Origin: Eledone cirrhosa
Taxonomy: Eukaryota
Direction of reading: 5' to 3'
Assembly (NCBI GenBank): GCA_964016885.1
Contig: OZ024757.1
Coordinates: 43,338,001-43,402,000, forward strand
Length of the DNA: 64,000 nt
The notes below the pieces were generated by a model, which saw nothing but the letters and a program-made list of their open reading frames with translations, ran no database searches and was not told the DNA's origin. This document shows positions 27,861-42,199 of this stretch, piece after piece; positions within the stretch are counted from its first letter, which is position 1, and each line of letters opens with the position of its first letter. Position numbers and translations under genes: made by a program.

Positions 27861-28318
27861 AAATATAATAAATGTGTTAAATTCATCTATTTATCATGAA
27901 AAAAGACCATCAAAATGCAAAAGAATTTTGATACACATTCATCTTCAGCATTAATAATGAGCATATATAGACCTCGGAAGTTCTTAGTCATTTAAATATT
28001 TGAATTTAAGTATTTTTATTGCCAAAAATAATGGCTGAAAAGAAAACATAAAATAAAATAAAGACAAATTTTGTGGAAATATAATTTATCACCAAAAATA
28101 TTAAAATATATAAATTAGAACCCAGATGTCTTCATTAACCTAGAATGTTCCTGAAAGACTTAGTTATAGCAGTGGGGCTAGGGTTTGGGGGGTGCACACA
28201 CATTTGTTTAATTTGTATTTTACTTTTAATTGTTTATCTTTTTTATAAATGAATAAAAAAAATGTAATTGTTGAATAGTTTAAGATATGAAATCTTGCTG
28301 GAATGTCCAGATATGATG

Positions 28319-28356
<38 letters not shown>

Positions 28357-28419
28357 GGTTTCAAGGTTGTACAGCACTCAAAAATAATGCTGTTTGTCAT
28401 GGAATTAATCATTAATATG

Positions 28420-30210
<1,791 letters not shown>

Positions 30211-30211
30211 A

Positions 30212-30570
30212 TCATCATCATCATCATCACCGTTTTATGTCCATTCTTCCACGCTAGCATGGGTTAGATGGGTTGTCTTGTTGTGGGCAGTGTCTGGTCG
30301 GCTGACCATGCCTTGCTCATACAGGAACTGATTTGGCTTGATTTCTACAGCTGGATGCCCTTCCTAACACCAACCTCATTTACAGTGAGTGCTGGGTGCT
30401 TTTTTGTGGCGCCTACACGTCCACTTTACAGTGTGGGCTGGGTGCTTTTTTGCCGTGGCACCTCCACGACCACCTTGCGGTGGGGAGTGTGGGGGCATAT
30501 TGTCTATATGCTTCAGCTTGTACCCATGGGAGGTCAGGTACTCTGTATTACTGCATGACGCCAGAGGTCA
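30212..30570 (-). mobile_element. RTE-related non-autonomous/SINE-like element with (GAT)n tail
   Basis: (cat)n tail, ttccacgctagcatggg and the ctggatgcccttcctaacacc motif. Near-identical inverted copy at ~62345-62640; relatives at 45560-45725, 46003-46115 and 31400-31550. Confidence 0.8.
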
Positions 30571-30702
30571 TATATATATATGTATTTATATATTTATATA
30601 TATATATGTGTGTATATACATATACATATAATTGATTCGATGTAGTCATAATTTTCAAGAATGCCTTTGGTAATGTGGTGGAAGAGTATGTTAAAATTGA
30701 AG

Positions 30703-31308
30703 TTATTTGTTGTATAGTAATAAGGAACAAACAACAAAGAAAGCGCCACAGTAGAACTGAAGTGTAAGATGTGCTTTAAAGACTACAACAGCAGCTACAC
30801 AAGAGATGATGATAGAAAGTGATGACGCAAATGACTTCAAAACATTGTCAGCATATTTAAAAACAACTGCAATACTCAGTCCTGAAAATGCTTGGATGAA
30901 AAGTGAGAGTAATACGAGATTATCGTAGCCATAGAAAAATCCCTTTTCAAAAATTTGTGTTCTGTCTTTTGTATATATTCCAACCATACCAACAAGCATG
31001 CCAAAACTGGCCAGTTGTATGTTGCGTACCCAAACAGATTTCGGGGTGGATTTGAGGATTTTTTCAAAGTAGACACCTGCAAAACCTGAGAGAAATACGG
31101 AAATTATGACGGCTGTTAACCCGAGGAAGTTATTTTGTGTCTGTACAGTGACATGGTGGTGTGTCTGTTCTGTATCAAGGTTTAACTGTACAATTGAAAC
31201 TCCGGTAAATAACACTACAATGGCTAACCCTTGCAGGCGGGTGATTTCTTTGCCAAGTATGAATACAGCAAATATACAGGTAGTGAAGATTTTGAGCTGG
31301 TAGAGCAC
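30703..31308 (-). CDS. SLC35A2: Last visible coding exon of an SLC35A-family nucleotide-sugar (UDP-galactose-type) transporter
   Basis: Motifs VLYQLKIFTT, SGFAGVYFEKILK, SVWVRNIQL and KYADNVLKSFA. Acceptor tctcttttacAG at 31310-31309, phase 0. TAA at 30705-30703. The symbol means closest family resemblance, not proven orthology. Confidence 0.92.
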   Translation of the reverse strand: MLYQLKIFTTCIFAVFILGKEITRLQGLAIVVLFTGVSIVQLNLDTEQTHHHVTVQTQNNFLGLTAVIISVFLSGFAGVYFEKILKSTPKSVWVRNIQLASFGMLVGMVGIYTKDRTQIFEKGFFYGYDNLVLLSLFIQAFSGLSIAVVFKYADNVLKSFASSLSIIISCVAAVVVFKAHLTLQFYCGAFFVVCSLLLYNK

Positions 31309-31659
31309 CTGTAAAAGAGAAAAATAAAAACCTGAATTATGGAAAAAAAAACACACAGATTTGATTTTACCTTTTTAGAAATGCCACAATAAAAAACAAA
31401 ATCTACTCCACCCAGAATGGTGGTAATGCTGGTGACATGACAAAAACGATCCAGTCCACTCTGTAAGGTGGTAGTGCTGGTAACATGACAATAAGCACCC
31501 AGTACACCCTGTAAGATGGTTAGTATTATGAAGGGCATCCAGTTGTAGAAACAAAGTAAAAACAGAACATTTGAGCAAGATGAGGTCACCTGACATATCT
31601 AACATGGCAGCCCTTCTAACTAGTTAAATGATGTTGATGAAATATTAATGAAACCAGCC

Positions 31660-31990
31660 ACTCTCTGATAGGTTTGTCATTGTGCCTGTGACAGTAGAAA
31701 CCTCTGGTGTTCTTGGACCCTGGACCACATCCCCACTCACTGCTATTGAGGAAGAGGTGGTCCCCAGACCACATCCCCACTCACTGCTATTGGGGAAGAG
31801 TTGGTCCCCAGACCACATCCCTACTCACTGCTATTGGGGAAGAGGTGGTCCCCAGACCACATCCCTACTCACTGCTATTAAGGCAGAGTTGGCTACCCAC
31901 AAATGCGAGCCCTGCAATTTGGAGTGGCTGTTTCAATGCGTCTCTCCTCGCTATCCTATTAACATCCGAGACAATGAGGTGGACAGACCT
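31660..31990 (+). mobile_element. Remnant resembling the C-terminal restriction-like endonuclease region of CRE-type non-LTR elements, containing a 44-bp x~4 tandem repeat (31723-31895)
   Basis: VPVTVETSGVLG...EPCNLEWLFQCVS resembles the FVPxAVETxGxxG...GEPRExxWLxQRxS pattern (recognised from memory). The repeat unit gaccacatccccactcactgctattggggaagaggtggtcccca is seen directly. Confidence 0.5.
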
Positions 31991-32209
31991 TTAAGTTTCA
32001 TTTATAATGGTGGCATGTAGATTTATATTTACTTAAGTTTATGTTTCTACTTTTAACATCTTGTTGCGACTGACAGATAGTATCAACAATGGAAAGACCA
32101 ATGAAAACATTGTCTCTTTCCTTCATCCAATCTGATGAGTTCCACTTCACTCGATAAGGGAATGAGATCTTGTTAATTCAGATAAAAAAATATGTAATTC
32201 AGCGTTTAA

Positions 32210-32441
32210 CCCTTTAGCAATTACATTACACTATATTTACTATTGTATTTTCAAGGTAAAGGCTTCACCTCACCTAATTATCTCATAATTTCGAATCTAT
32301 GAGATTTTGATATTATATAGTGTGAGAACAATACCTTAACATTAGTATGAGCAGTTGGTTACAAGGGCCAGTTATGGCCAGTTTGAACAGAAAGAGGAGA
32401 GAGAATTCTGGCCAGATATGGCCAGTTTAAATGCTAAAGGG
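32210..32441. mobile_element. piggyBac-like MITE
   Basis: TTAA|CCCTTTAGCA...TGCTAAAGGG|TTAA. Related copy at 51888-52168. Confidence 0.85.
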
Positions 32442-32465
32442 TTAAATGAATTACTTTCAACTCAC

Positions 32466-32800
32466 CTGTACAGTGGCTACATCCAGGTTAGATATGGCTA
32501 CAAAGAACAAGTTATTCTGAAGTGTATATATAACAGCTGGCACCATTATTTTGGCAGTGTCCCTACAATTGCCAAAGTAGCAGCCATATATAATACTAGG
32601 TAGGCGTAAGATACTGCGTTCCTCACACACGATACACACCATGCTTATAAAGAGTTTGAAGGTTTCACAGATGACAACTGCCGTTGTTGAAATAAACAGA
32701 GGTCCCTCTCTCATCCTTAGGTACCGCATCAGGAGAACGACGGTGGAATTAAGCACAGTCATCATCACAAGACTAATAGCTTTCATGTAGAGATTTTTAT
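32466..32800 (-). CDS. SLC35A2: Upstream coding exon of the same SLC35A2-like transporter
   Basis: MKAISL...STTAVVICETFKL...VPAVIYTLQNNLFFVAISNLDVATVQ. Donor CAG|GTGAG at 32466/32465, acceptor ttttctAG at 32802-32801. Joins in frame to VLYQLK. The start is either ATG 32786 or an unlocated upstream exon. Confidence 0.92.
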
Positions 32801-33317
32801 CTAGAAAAAAAAAGAAAGATTAGATAAAAAATGAAATTTGAAATTATACAATTAGAGACGGTTGTATCCCAGTTTTTAGAATAGGTGCATTGCATCCTGA
32901 AAGGGTTTGTGGCAGGAAGGCCATATGGGAGTAAAAGATTGTCTCAAACTATACCAGCATAGAAAAAGGGACATAAAAATTATATATATATATATATAAA
33001 TATGTGTGTGTGTGTGTGTGTGTACCACAAACAATTATAAGCTTTCTGAAGAAGTGTGATAAATAATTAAATATTGCAAATGATTGAACAATATATATTG
33101 TAGTCAGCATATGTAGACTATTATAATAGATGAAGAAACATATGTTGAAGCCAATAAATCCCTATTGTCACACAGAAGTGACTGGAAGAAGGAAATAAAG
33201 GGGATGTAGAATACAAGAGGTGGGTGTGAACATGGCTGAGAGAGAGAGAAAAAGTCAGAACGAGAGAGTGATAAAGAGGAAGTGAGAAAGAGTGAGTGGA
33301 AGAAATATATATATATA

Positions 33318-33530
33318 TCATCAGCATCATTTTATGTCCGCTTTTCCATGATTGGATGGGTCCTATTCAGCACAGCATCTCTCCACTTGTCACGGTCCTT
33401 CGTCATCTCCTCGGTGAGTTTCAGCGATCTGAGGTCTGCTCTCACCACCTCCACCCATGTTTTACGTGGTCTTCCTCTACTGCGTCCTCCTTTTACCGGG
33501 ATTTCTTGGCACTTCTTCACCCATCGGCCA
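33318..33530 (-). mobile_element. RTE LINE 3' fragment
   Basis: RWVKKCQEIPVKGGRSRGRPRKTW...DRDKWR, homologous to 38934-39158. Confidence 0.85.
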
Positions 33531-33535
33531 TATAT

Positions 33536-33582
<47 letters not shown>

Positions 33583-33593
33583 CATACACATAT

Positions 33594-34375
33594 ATCATCA
33601 TCATCATCATCATCATCAACGTTTAACGTCCGTGTTCCACGCTTGCATGGGTTTGGACGGGGGTTTTCCCACTTGAGGCAAGAGTGATTATCTTGCTCGC
33701 ATAGGACTGTCTGGCGGGTTTTCTACAGCTGGATGCCCTTCCTAACACCAACCACATTTACAGTGTGGGGCTGGGAGGTTTTTACCATGTTGCCTACACG
33801 GCCACATTACAGCATGGACTGTCTGGTAGGTTTTCTACAGCTGGATGCCCTTCCTAACACCAACCACATTTACAGTGTGGGGCTTGGAGGTTTTAGCCGT
33901 GTTGCCTACACGGCCACATTACAGCGTGGACTGTGTCTACACGATCTCATTTGTTTCGGCCTGGATGTTGTGGGGGTGGTGGGACGAGGATGTATTTAGT
34001 TAGAGATGCCTACTGGCTGTAGTAGGTTTTACTTTGTATTTAGGTAAGGCGGGTCTTCTCTATTACTGAGTACCGCCAAAGGTCTCGGTCCAGTGACATT
34101 GTCTTGGAGAGGTGTGTGTGAGGTCAGAATTTATCAGCTCGTCCCAGGTTTTTCTGGGTCTGCCTACTCCGTAGCTACCGTCTATCTTTATTGCCCTGCA
34201 CTTTGTTATACAGCTGTCGTCTTTCATGCGCATCACGTGTCCATACCAACGTAGTCTTCTCTCGAGTAAACAACATTTGATCCCTCTTATTTCTAATTTT
34301 TTCCTTAGTTCGCTTATGCTTTGCCGTTCACGTATATTACTGTTACACATCCAGCGGAGCATGCAAGCTTCGTTT
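33594..34375 (-). mobile_element. RTE 3' ORF fragment plus 3' region and (GAT)n tail; inverted copy of ~36030-36885
   Basis: MLRWMCNSNIRERQSISELRKK...GRPRKTWDEL is nearly identical to the + strand copy. The downstream sequence is also shared. Confidence 0.88.
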
Positions 34376-34897
34376 GGTCTCCTAGTTAGAATTTTAGTCT
34401 ACAACTTCTGCTATACCATTTACGTGGTATTGTCTTTGCGTGCAATTGTTCTCCACGCTCCACATATGACGTATTATCTTCGTTTTTTCGTTCATTGCCA
34501 GAGAACGTCTCTATGCACCACCTAAGAGAACATTAGTCTACGACCTCCTTTATACCATAAACGTGGTTCTGTCTTTGCGCGTAATTGGTTTTCACCGCAC
34601 CTATTAATGACGTATTATTCGTTTTTTCCCGTTCTTTGCCAGCGAATGTTACCACGAACCAAAGTATCGTCTTCCTGTCTTCCTCCGGTTGCAACGTTTT
34701 TTGAAATATCCACTTCTGCGTTTACAGATTGACTTCGTTAATTTCAGAAGATCCCGTTAAGGGTGAAAGCAGCGATTCTTTGCTGAAACTTTAATCTGTT
34801 ATTTCAATAAATATTTGCTCTACGGTTCTTATATATTTGATATATATTTATCCTTATCGAGCCCTCTTTGTATTTTAGTCTTCAATTTTATTATTAT

Positions 34898-35347
34898 TTT
34901 CTAGGTCTGCCTACTCCGTGGCTACCATCTATCTTTATTGCCCTGCACTTTATTATACAGCTGTCGTCTTTCATGCACATCACGTGACCATACCAACGTA
35001 GCCTTCTCTCGAGTAAACAACATCTGATCCTTCTTATTTCTAATTTTTTCCTTAGTTCGCTTATGCTTTGCCGTTCACGTATGTTACTATTACACACCCA
35101 GCGGAGCATGCAAGCTTCGTTCCTCTCCAGTCTGCGTATATCCTCTGCACACAATGTCCATGTCTCACTGCCATACTTGCTGCTACTTATTGCACCAGAG
35201 CACCGGCCACATGTATAATCTATATTCTTAGTTACCTTACCTGTGACCCCACTACATCTTTTATGCACCTTTCTTACACACTGAGCATGGCCATTTCCCA
35301 GATGGGACCAGTGCCCTATTTTCCTTCCAACATATTAGAACTTTAGT

Positions 35348-35348
<1 letters not shown>
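34898..35348 (-). mobile_element. Internally deleted RTE fragment, inverted relative to 35447-36370
   Basis: HKRCSGVTGK...CGRC fused to GSETWTLCAEDIRRLERNE. Confidence 0.85.
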
Positions 35349-35417
<69 letters not shown>

Positions 35418-35445
35418 TATATACACACATATATATATATATATA

Positions 35446-36854
35446 AATGACCGAACTAGAGAAGAAATTCCAAACGTGGAAGCACGGCCTAGAATCAAAA
35501 GGCCTTAAAATTAACCTGGCTAAGACTAAAGTTCTAGTTTGTAGGAAAGAAAATAAGGCGGCGGTCCCATCGGGGAAATGGCCATGCTCAGTGTGTAGGA
35601 AAGGCGTAGGTAGAAACTCCATTTTATGTCCCAAATGCAAAGTATGGGTGCATAAAAGATGTAGTGGGATCACAGGTAAGCTAACTAAGAACATAGATTT
35701 TACATGTGGCCGGTGCTCTGGTGCAATAAGTAGCAGCAAGTGCCCACAAAATACTAGCTCCTTCAACTGCGCAGAGGGTTCTATAGAAATAGTGGACAGC
35801 TTCCGTTATCTGGGTGACAAAATCAGCAGTGGGGGAGGGTGCTCTGAAAGTACAGTAGCTAGAGTCAGAACTGGATGGAAAAAGTTCAGAGAGCTTATAC
35901 CACTATTAGCCGCTAGAGGGTTCTCCCTAAAAATGAAAGGCAGGTTATACGATGCCTGCATACGAACAGCAATGCTGCATGGCAGTGAGACCTGGGCATT
36001 GTGTGCAGAGGATATACGCAGACTAGAGAGGAACGAAGCTTGCATGCTCCGCTGGATGTGCAATAGTAATATACGTGAACGGCAAAGCATAAACGAACTA
36101 AGGAAAAAATTAGAAATAAGAGGGATCAGATGTTGTTTACTCGAGAGAAGGCTACGTTGGTACGGTCACGTGATGCGCATGAAAGACGACAGCTGTATAA
36201 CAAAGTGCAGGGCAATAAAGATAGACGGTAGCCACGGAGTAGGCAGACCCAGAAAAACATGGGACGAGCTGATAAATTCCGACCTCACACGCTTACACCT
36301 CTCCAAGACAATGTCACTGGACCGAGACCTTTGGCGGTACTCAGTAATAGAGAAGACCCGCCTTACCTAAATACAAAGTAAAAACCTACTACAGTCAGTA
36401 GGCACCTCTATCAAAACACACCCCCGTCCCACCACCTCCACCCCACCCACACCGCCCCTTTCAATGTAAAGTTATGTTGGTCCCACAACATCCAGGCCGA
36501 AACAAATGAGATCGTGTAGGTGTCACGACAAAAAACACACAGTCCACGCTGTAAATGTGGCCGTGTAGGCAACACGGTAAAAACCTCCCAGCCCCACACT
36601 GTAAATGTGGTTGGTGTTAGGAAGGGCATCCAGCTGTAGAAAACCCGCCAGACAGTCCACGCTGTAATGTGGCCGTGTAGGCAACACGGTAAAAACCTCC
36701 CAGCCCCACACTGTAAATGTGGTTGGTGTTAGGAAGGGCATCCAACTGTAGAAAACCCGCCAGACAGTCCTATGCGAGCAAGACAACCACTCTTGCCTCA
36801 AGTGGGAAAACCCCCGTCCAAACCCATGCAAGCGTGGAACACGGACGCTAAACC

Positions 36855-36885
<31 letters not shown>
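35446..36885 (+). mobile_element. 5'-truncated RTE LINE (end of RT, PHD-like finger, C-terminal domain) with 3' region ending in (GAT)n
   Basis: ORF 35447-36370: GLKINLAKTKVL, FRYLG, MLHGSETW, RRLRWYGHVMR, GRPRKTW. Confidence 0.92.
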
Positions 36886-37556
<671 letters not shown>

Positions 37557-38928
37557 CTACTCTTTTACCTGTTTCAGCCATCTGGCTGAGGCCATGCTGG
37601 GGCACCGCCCTTGTTGCTACACATTTTATCTCCAGCCTGTATAGGTTGGCCACTGGTGTAAGAGGGAGTTTGTTGCTGCTACCCTTAGGTTTCCCTCATG
37701 TCTTGCTGTGGGCTCATCCGGGAGCCTGGATAACAAGGTGTCGAGATGTTTCTTAAAGACATCCACCTCCACGTCATGCAAGTCTCTCAGATCCCTCGGC
37801 AGCCTGTTGAAGAGTTGAGGGCCCTTGAATCCCAGGCTATTGCAATACCTGCTCCTTATTCTAGATGTGGAAGACGGGACCTTTGGCACCACACAGTGAC
37901 GTCCTGTACGACGGTTGGTCCAGCTCACAATGCCAAAGTTTGGTGCTAGTCCCTCCAGGATTTTCCACATGTAGATCACTGCGTATCTCTCCCGTCTTCG
38001 CTCCAAGGAGTAGAGGTTCAGTTCCTTTAGCCTCTCCCAGTAGCTTGTCTCCCTCATCTTGGCAATCCTCTTGGTGTAGCTTCGCTGGATTGCCTCAAGC
38101 TCCGTGGTTAGTTTGACACTATGGGGTGACCACAACTGGGAGCAGTAATCCAGGCGGCTTAGGACAAATGTCCTCCATAGTGTCAACATGGTGTCTCGAT
38201 CTCTTGTCCGGAAAGTCGTCAAGATCCAGCCAGCGAGTCGTCTGCACATTGTCGCCACTTTCATGATGTGAGAGGAAAAAGATGCATCATCGCTCATGTC
38301 TATGCCCAGGTCTCGTATCGATTTTGACACGGGGATATCGGTCCCTCCTGGTCCTGTGTAGTTGTGTTCCACTATATTTGTGTTTGCAGGTTTGTATTGT
38401 AGGGCTTGGAATTTGCCAGCATTAAACTGCATGTTGTTTTCTTCCGCCCATTTGTATATGGCATCCACATCCTGCTGTAAAAGGGCAGCGTCAGCCGGGT
38501 TTTTGATTGCCTGTGCTACCTTAGTGTCATCAGCATAGCTAGCGAGGGATGTTGTTGTATGTACTACAGAGGGCATGTCTGAGAGAGCCACCAAAAACAG
38601 TAGTGGTCCCAGGACTGTCCCCTGGGGCACCCCACTTGTTATCGGTGTTTCCCTCGAGAGGGCCCCATTTGCTGCGACTGCCTGGCTTCTGTCCCTTAGG
38701 AAGCCATGCAGCCACTCACCTACTTTTCCAGTTATGCCGAGTCCGTGTAGTTTGTGACATATCATTCCGTGGTCGACCTTGTCAAAGGCGTTCGCAAACT
38801 CAAGATATATCACGTCCACATGTGAGCTGTCTAGTAGTTGTCTCAGTACCCAGGCGTAGTGATGTAGCAGCTGTGTAAGGCAGATTCTTCCTGGGCGGAA
38901 GCCATGCTGCGTGCTAGTCAGGCGGTCA
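37557..38928 (-). mobile_element. 5'-truncated CR1-group LINE (RT and C-terminus) with short 3' tail
   Basis: QHGFRPGR, DVIYLEFANAFDKVDH, SGVPQGTVLGPLLF, YADDTK, DYCSQLWSP, LYSLERRRER. Confidence 0.92.
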
Positions 38929-38929
38929 T

Positions 38930-41900
38930 TATTTTACGTCCGCTTTTCCCTGCTTGCAAGGGTGGGACGGGTCTTATTCAGTACAGTATCTCTCCACTCG
39001 TCACGGTCCTTCGTCATCTCCACGGTGAGCTTCAATGATCTGAGGTCTGTTCTCACCACCTCCGCCCATGTTTTTCGTGGTCTACCTCTACCACGTCTTC
39101 CTTCAACTGGCATTTCCTGGCACTTCTTCACCCATCGGTCATCCTCCATGCGCATCACATGTCCATACCACCTCAGTCTCCTCTCTCACACACTACATTC
39201 TATCCCTCTCAGACACAGTTTCTCTCTCAACACATTTATGCTGGGTCGTTCACGCACATTTACACTGCACATCCAACGGAGCATGCTTGCCTCATTTCTC
39301 TCCAGCCGTCGCATATCCTCTGCAGTTGCTGCCCATGTCTCACTACCATGCAGCATCACCCTCCTCACTCAGGCATCATACAACCGGCCTTTCGTACGCA
39401 GGGAGAAACCCTTCTTCGTCAACAGAGGAAGCAGCTCCCTAAACTTCTTCCAACCCGTCCTTATTCTAGATACTATGGCCTCGGAACACCCTCCTCCCAT
39501 GCTAATCTGATCTCCTAGGTACCGGAAGCTATCCACCACTTCTATAGCCCCCGCCTGCATTTGAAAAATGTGTCTATCAATGCGACTTCTACTGTCTAAT
39601 TTCCCTGTACATCTACTGCATACATATTTCTCCCTACCTGTTAGTTTGCCTGCTATCCCGCTACATCTCTTGTGTACCCAGGATCTGCATTGTGTGCATT
39701 TTATAGAATTTATGCCAGTTCCTTTTCTATATATTGAACATGGCCATTTCCCCTGATGGAATCAGAGTTTTGTCCTCTTTTCTACACTTCAACACTTTTG
39801 TCTTAGCTAGATTCACTCTCAGTCCTCTTGCCTCCAACTGCTGTTTCCATAGCCAGAATTTATTCTCTAGCTCCTCTACTGATTCTGCTATAAGAACCAG
39901 ATCGTCAGCATAGAGAAGTTCCCATGGACAGCCAGTCTTAAACTCCTCTGTTATGGCTTGGAGGACTATAATGAACAAGGGCGGGCTGAGGACCGAACCT
40001 TGATGTACTCCTACTTGTATCTGGAATTCCTCACTAAACTCCATTCCTACCCTGACTTTACTGAGAGTACCTCTGTACAAAGTTTGCACTGTCCTCACAA
40101 GCCATTCCTCAACACCTAGCTTCCTTAGGGACCACCAGATGACAGCTCGGGGTACCCTATCAAAGGCCTTCTCTAGGTCAACAAAGGCTAAGTATAGTGG
40201 CTTATTTTTCTCTAAGAACCTCTCTTGCAATTGTCTCACCAAGAAGGGTGCATCTGTTGTACTTTTCCCAGGCACAAAACCAAACTGCATCTCATCTAGT
40301 TTGACCCTTTCTCTAATTAGTTGTGCTAATATCCTTTCTGCCACTTTCATAACCTGATCCATCAGCTTTATACCCCTATAATTGCTCCTCTCCAGAGCAT
40401 CCCCTTTACCTTTTTAGCAATTTATGAGAATACTGCTGCACCAGTCTTTGGGTATGACACCACCATATATAGCCTGATTGATGATGCGTGTAACCAGTCT
40501 AGTGCCTACGTCCCCTGATGCCGTCAGCATCTCAGCAACTATTCCCGATGGTCCAGCAGCCTTACCATCTTTCATTTCCCTAATTGCCTCTTGGACCCTA
40601 TATTCGTCAATCTCAATAGCTGGTCCCTCTGTAGGAACTACCAAGGGTAATTTCTCTTTCTCCCATTCGTTCTCCACATTCATCGGTCTCTCATAATGAC
40701 ATTACCAGGTCTCCTTTTTCTGATCATTCGTGACACTAAGTACACCGGCATCATCCCGGACACATTTATCTCCAACAACATCCTGATTTGCATTAACACA
40801 CTGGCTTGCAATGTGGAACACCGCACGTCTCTGATCTTCCTGTCGCAGAACATTGGCAAACCTCCTACTCTCCGCCTCACTGCGTGCTAAGTACACCTGA
40901 CGCCTAGCTTCTCTCTTAGTGGCTGTATATTCTTCCCTACTCCCACCCATTTTCCAAGCCTTCCATGCTAGTCTTTTGTCTTTAATGGCCTTATCTACTG
41001 TGCTGTTCCACCACCAGGTCACTCTGTCTGGTTGGAGCTCTCCTCCAGCCACAAGTTTCGTCAGTAGCCTGCAGCAAGTTGTCACGTAAGAAATTCCAGT
41101 TATTATCTATGTCATACGTCTCTAAATCGTCTTCTACATAAACCGTCATATACATCTTGAAGGGCTTTCCTAAATTTGCATTTTAGTGAAAGGTCTTTTA
41201 GCTTCCAGACCTTTCTTCTCCACACCTTCCTATATGTCTCATTCCATCTCTTGCTTACTGAGATATCACTCACGACTAACCTATGCTGTGGGGTACATTC
41301 TTCCCCAGGGTATGCCTTGGTATTAGACACTATCTGCCTGTCCCGCTGCCTAACTAGTAAGAAGTCAATCTGGCTTATGTGCTCACCAGATTTGTACGTA
41401 ACCGTGCCCACCATGTACCCCAGTGTAACCATCCTGGAGCTGTCCAACATGACCATTGAAGTCTCCTGCTAGCATAACGATGTCTCCGTCCTCTGTCATT
41501 TCAGTTGTTTGTAAAAGTTGCTCGTAAAAGCAGTCTTTCTCATCTTTGCCTAGGCCTGCTTGGGGAGCATAGGCCGAGATGATTGTCAGTAGTCTCCTGC
41601 CTACAACTAATCTAAGCTTAATTATTCGATTACTAACTCGAACTACCTCTATTGTCTTATTGATCCATTTCTCAGCCAGGAAAATGCCTACTCCCCCTAA
41701 CCCATCATCCTTACCTACCCAGAATAGCTTATAGCTAAGACGTTTGCCTACGACTAGTCTCGCAGAGGCACCTCTCCATCTCACCTCTTGCACGCAGCAC
41801 ACATCCATCTGCCTTCTCTCCAGCATCTCCGCTATTTCAGCAGATCTACCTCTGAGAGTGCCAACATTAAGTGTTGCAACTCTGAGATGCGACGTCTTCA

Positions 41901-42030
41901 TATTTTGTTGTTCCTATTTGTTGCTGTGCTGATAAGCCTTTTGGCATTGATACACTGGTTGGATGCCCTTCCTAACACCAGCGCCACTTTACAGCATGGA
42001 CTGGGTGCTTTTATTTGTGCCACCAGCACT
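38930..42030 (-). mobile_element. Near full-length, disrupted RTE LINE (APE endonuclease + RT)
   Basis: EN: LRVATLNVGTL, CVQEVRW, ISAYAPQ, AGDFNGHVG, QIDF. RT: QFGFVPGKSTTD, VDLEKAFDRVP, GVHQGSVLSP, LLYADD. Several stops and frameshifts. Confidence 0.95.
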
Positions 42031-42199
42031 AGAGAGGATGTCTTACTAGACTCAAGGGCCCTCTCTACCCCTCCATTTTACAGCATGGTCATTAAAGAAA
42101 AAAAAAAACAAAATAAACAACTTATATATATATATATGTGTATAACAATATATATAAGTTGTTTTTTTTTTGTTTTTTGTTTTATATATATGTATACAC

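Noticed and set aside
32125-32165. CTGATGAG...CTCGATA hammerhead-like string
   Set aside because: GAAA is absent and there is no convincing stem I or III.
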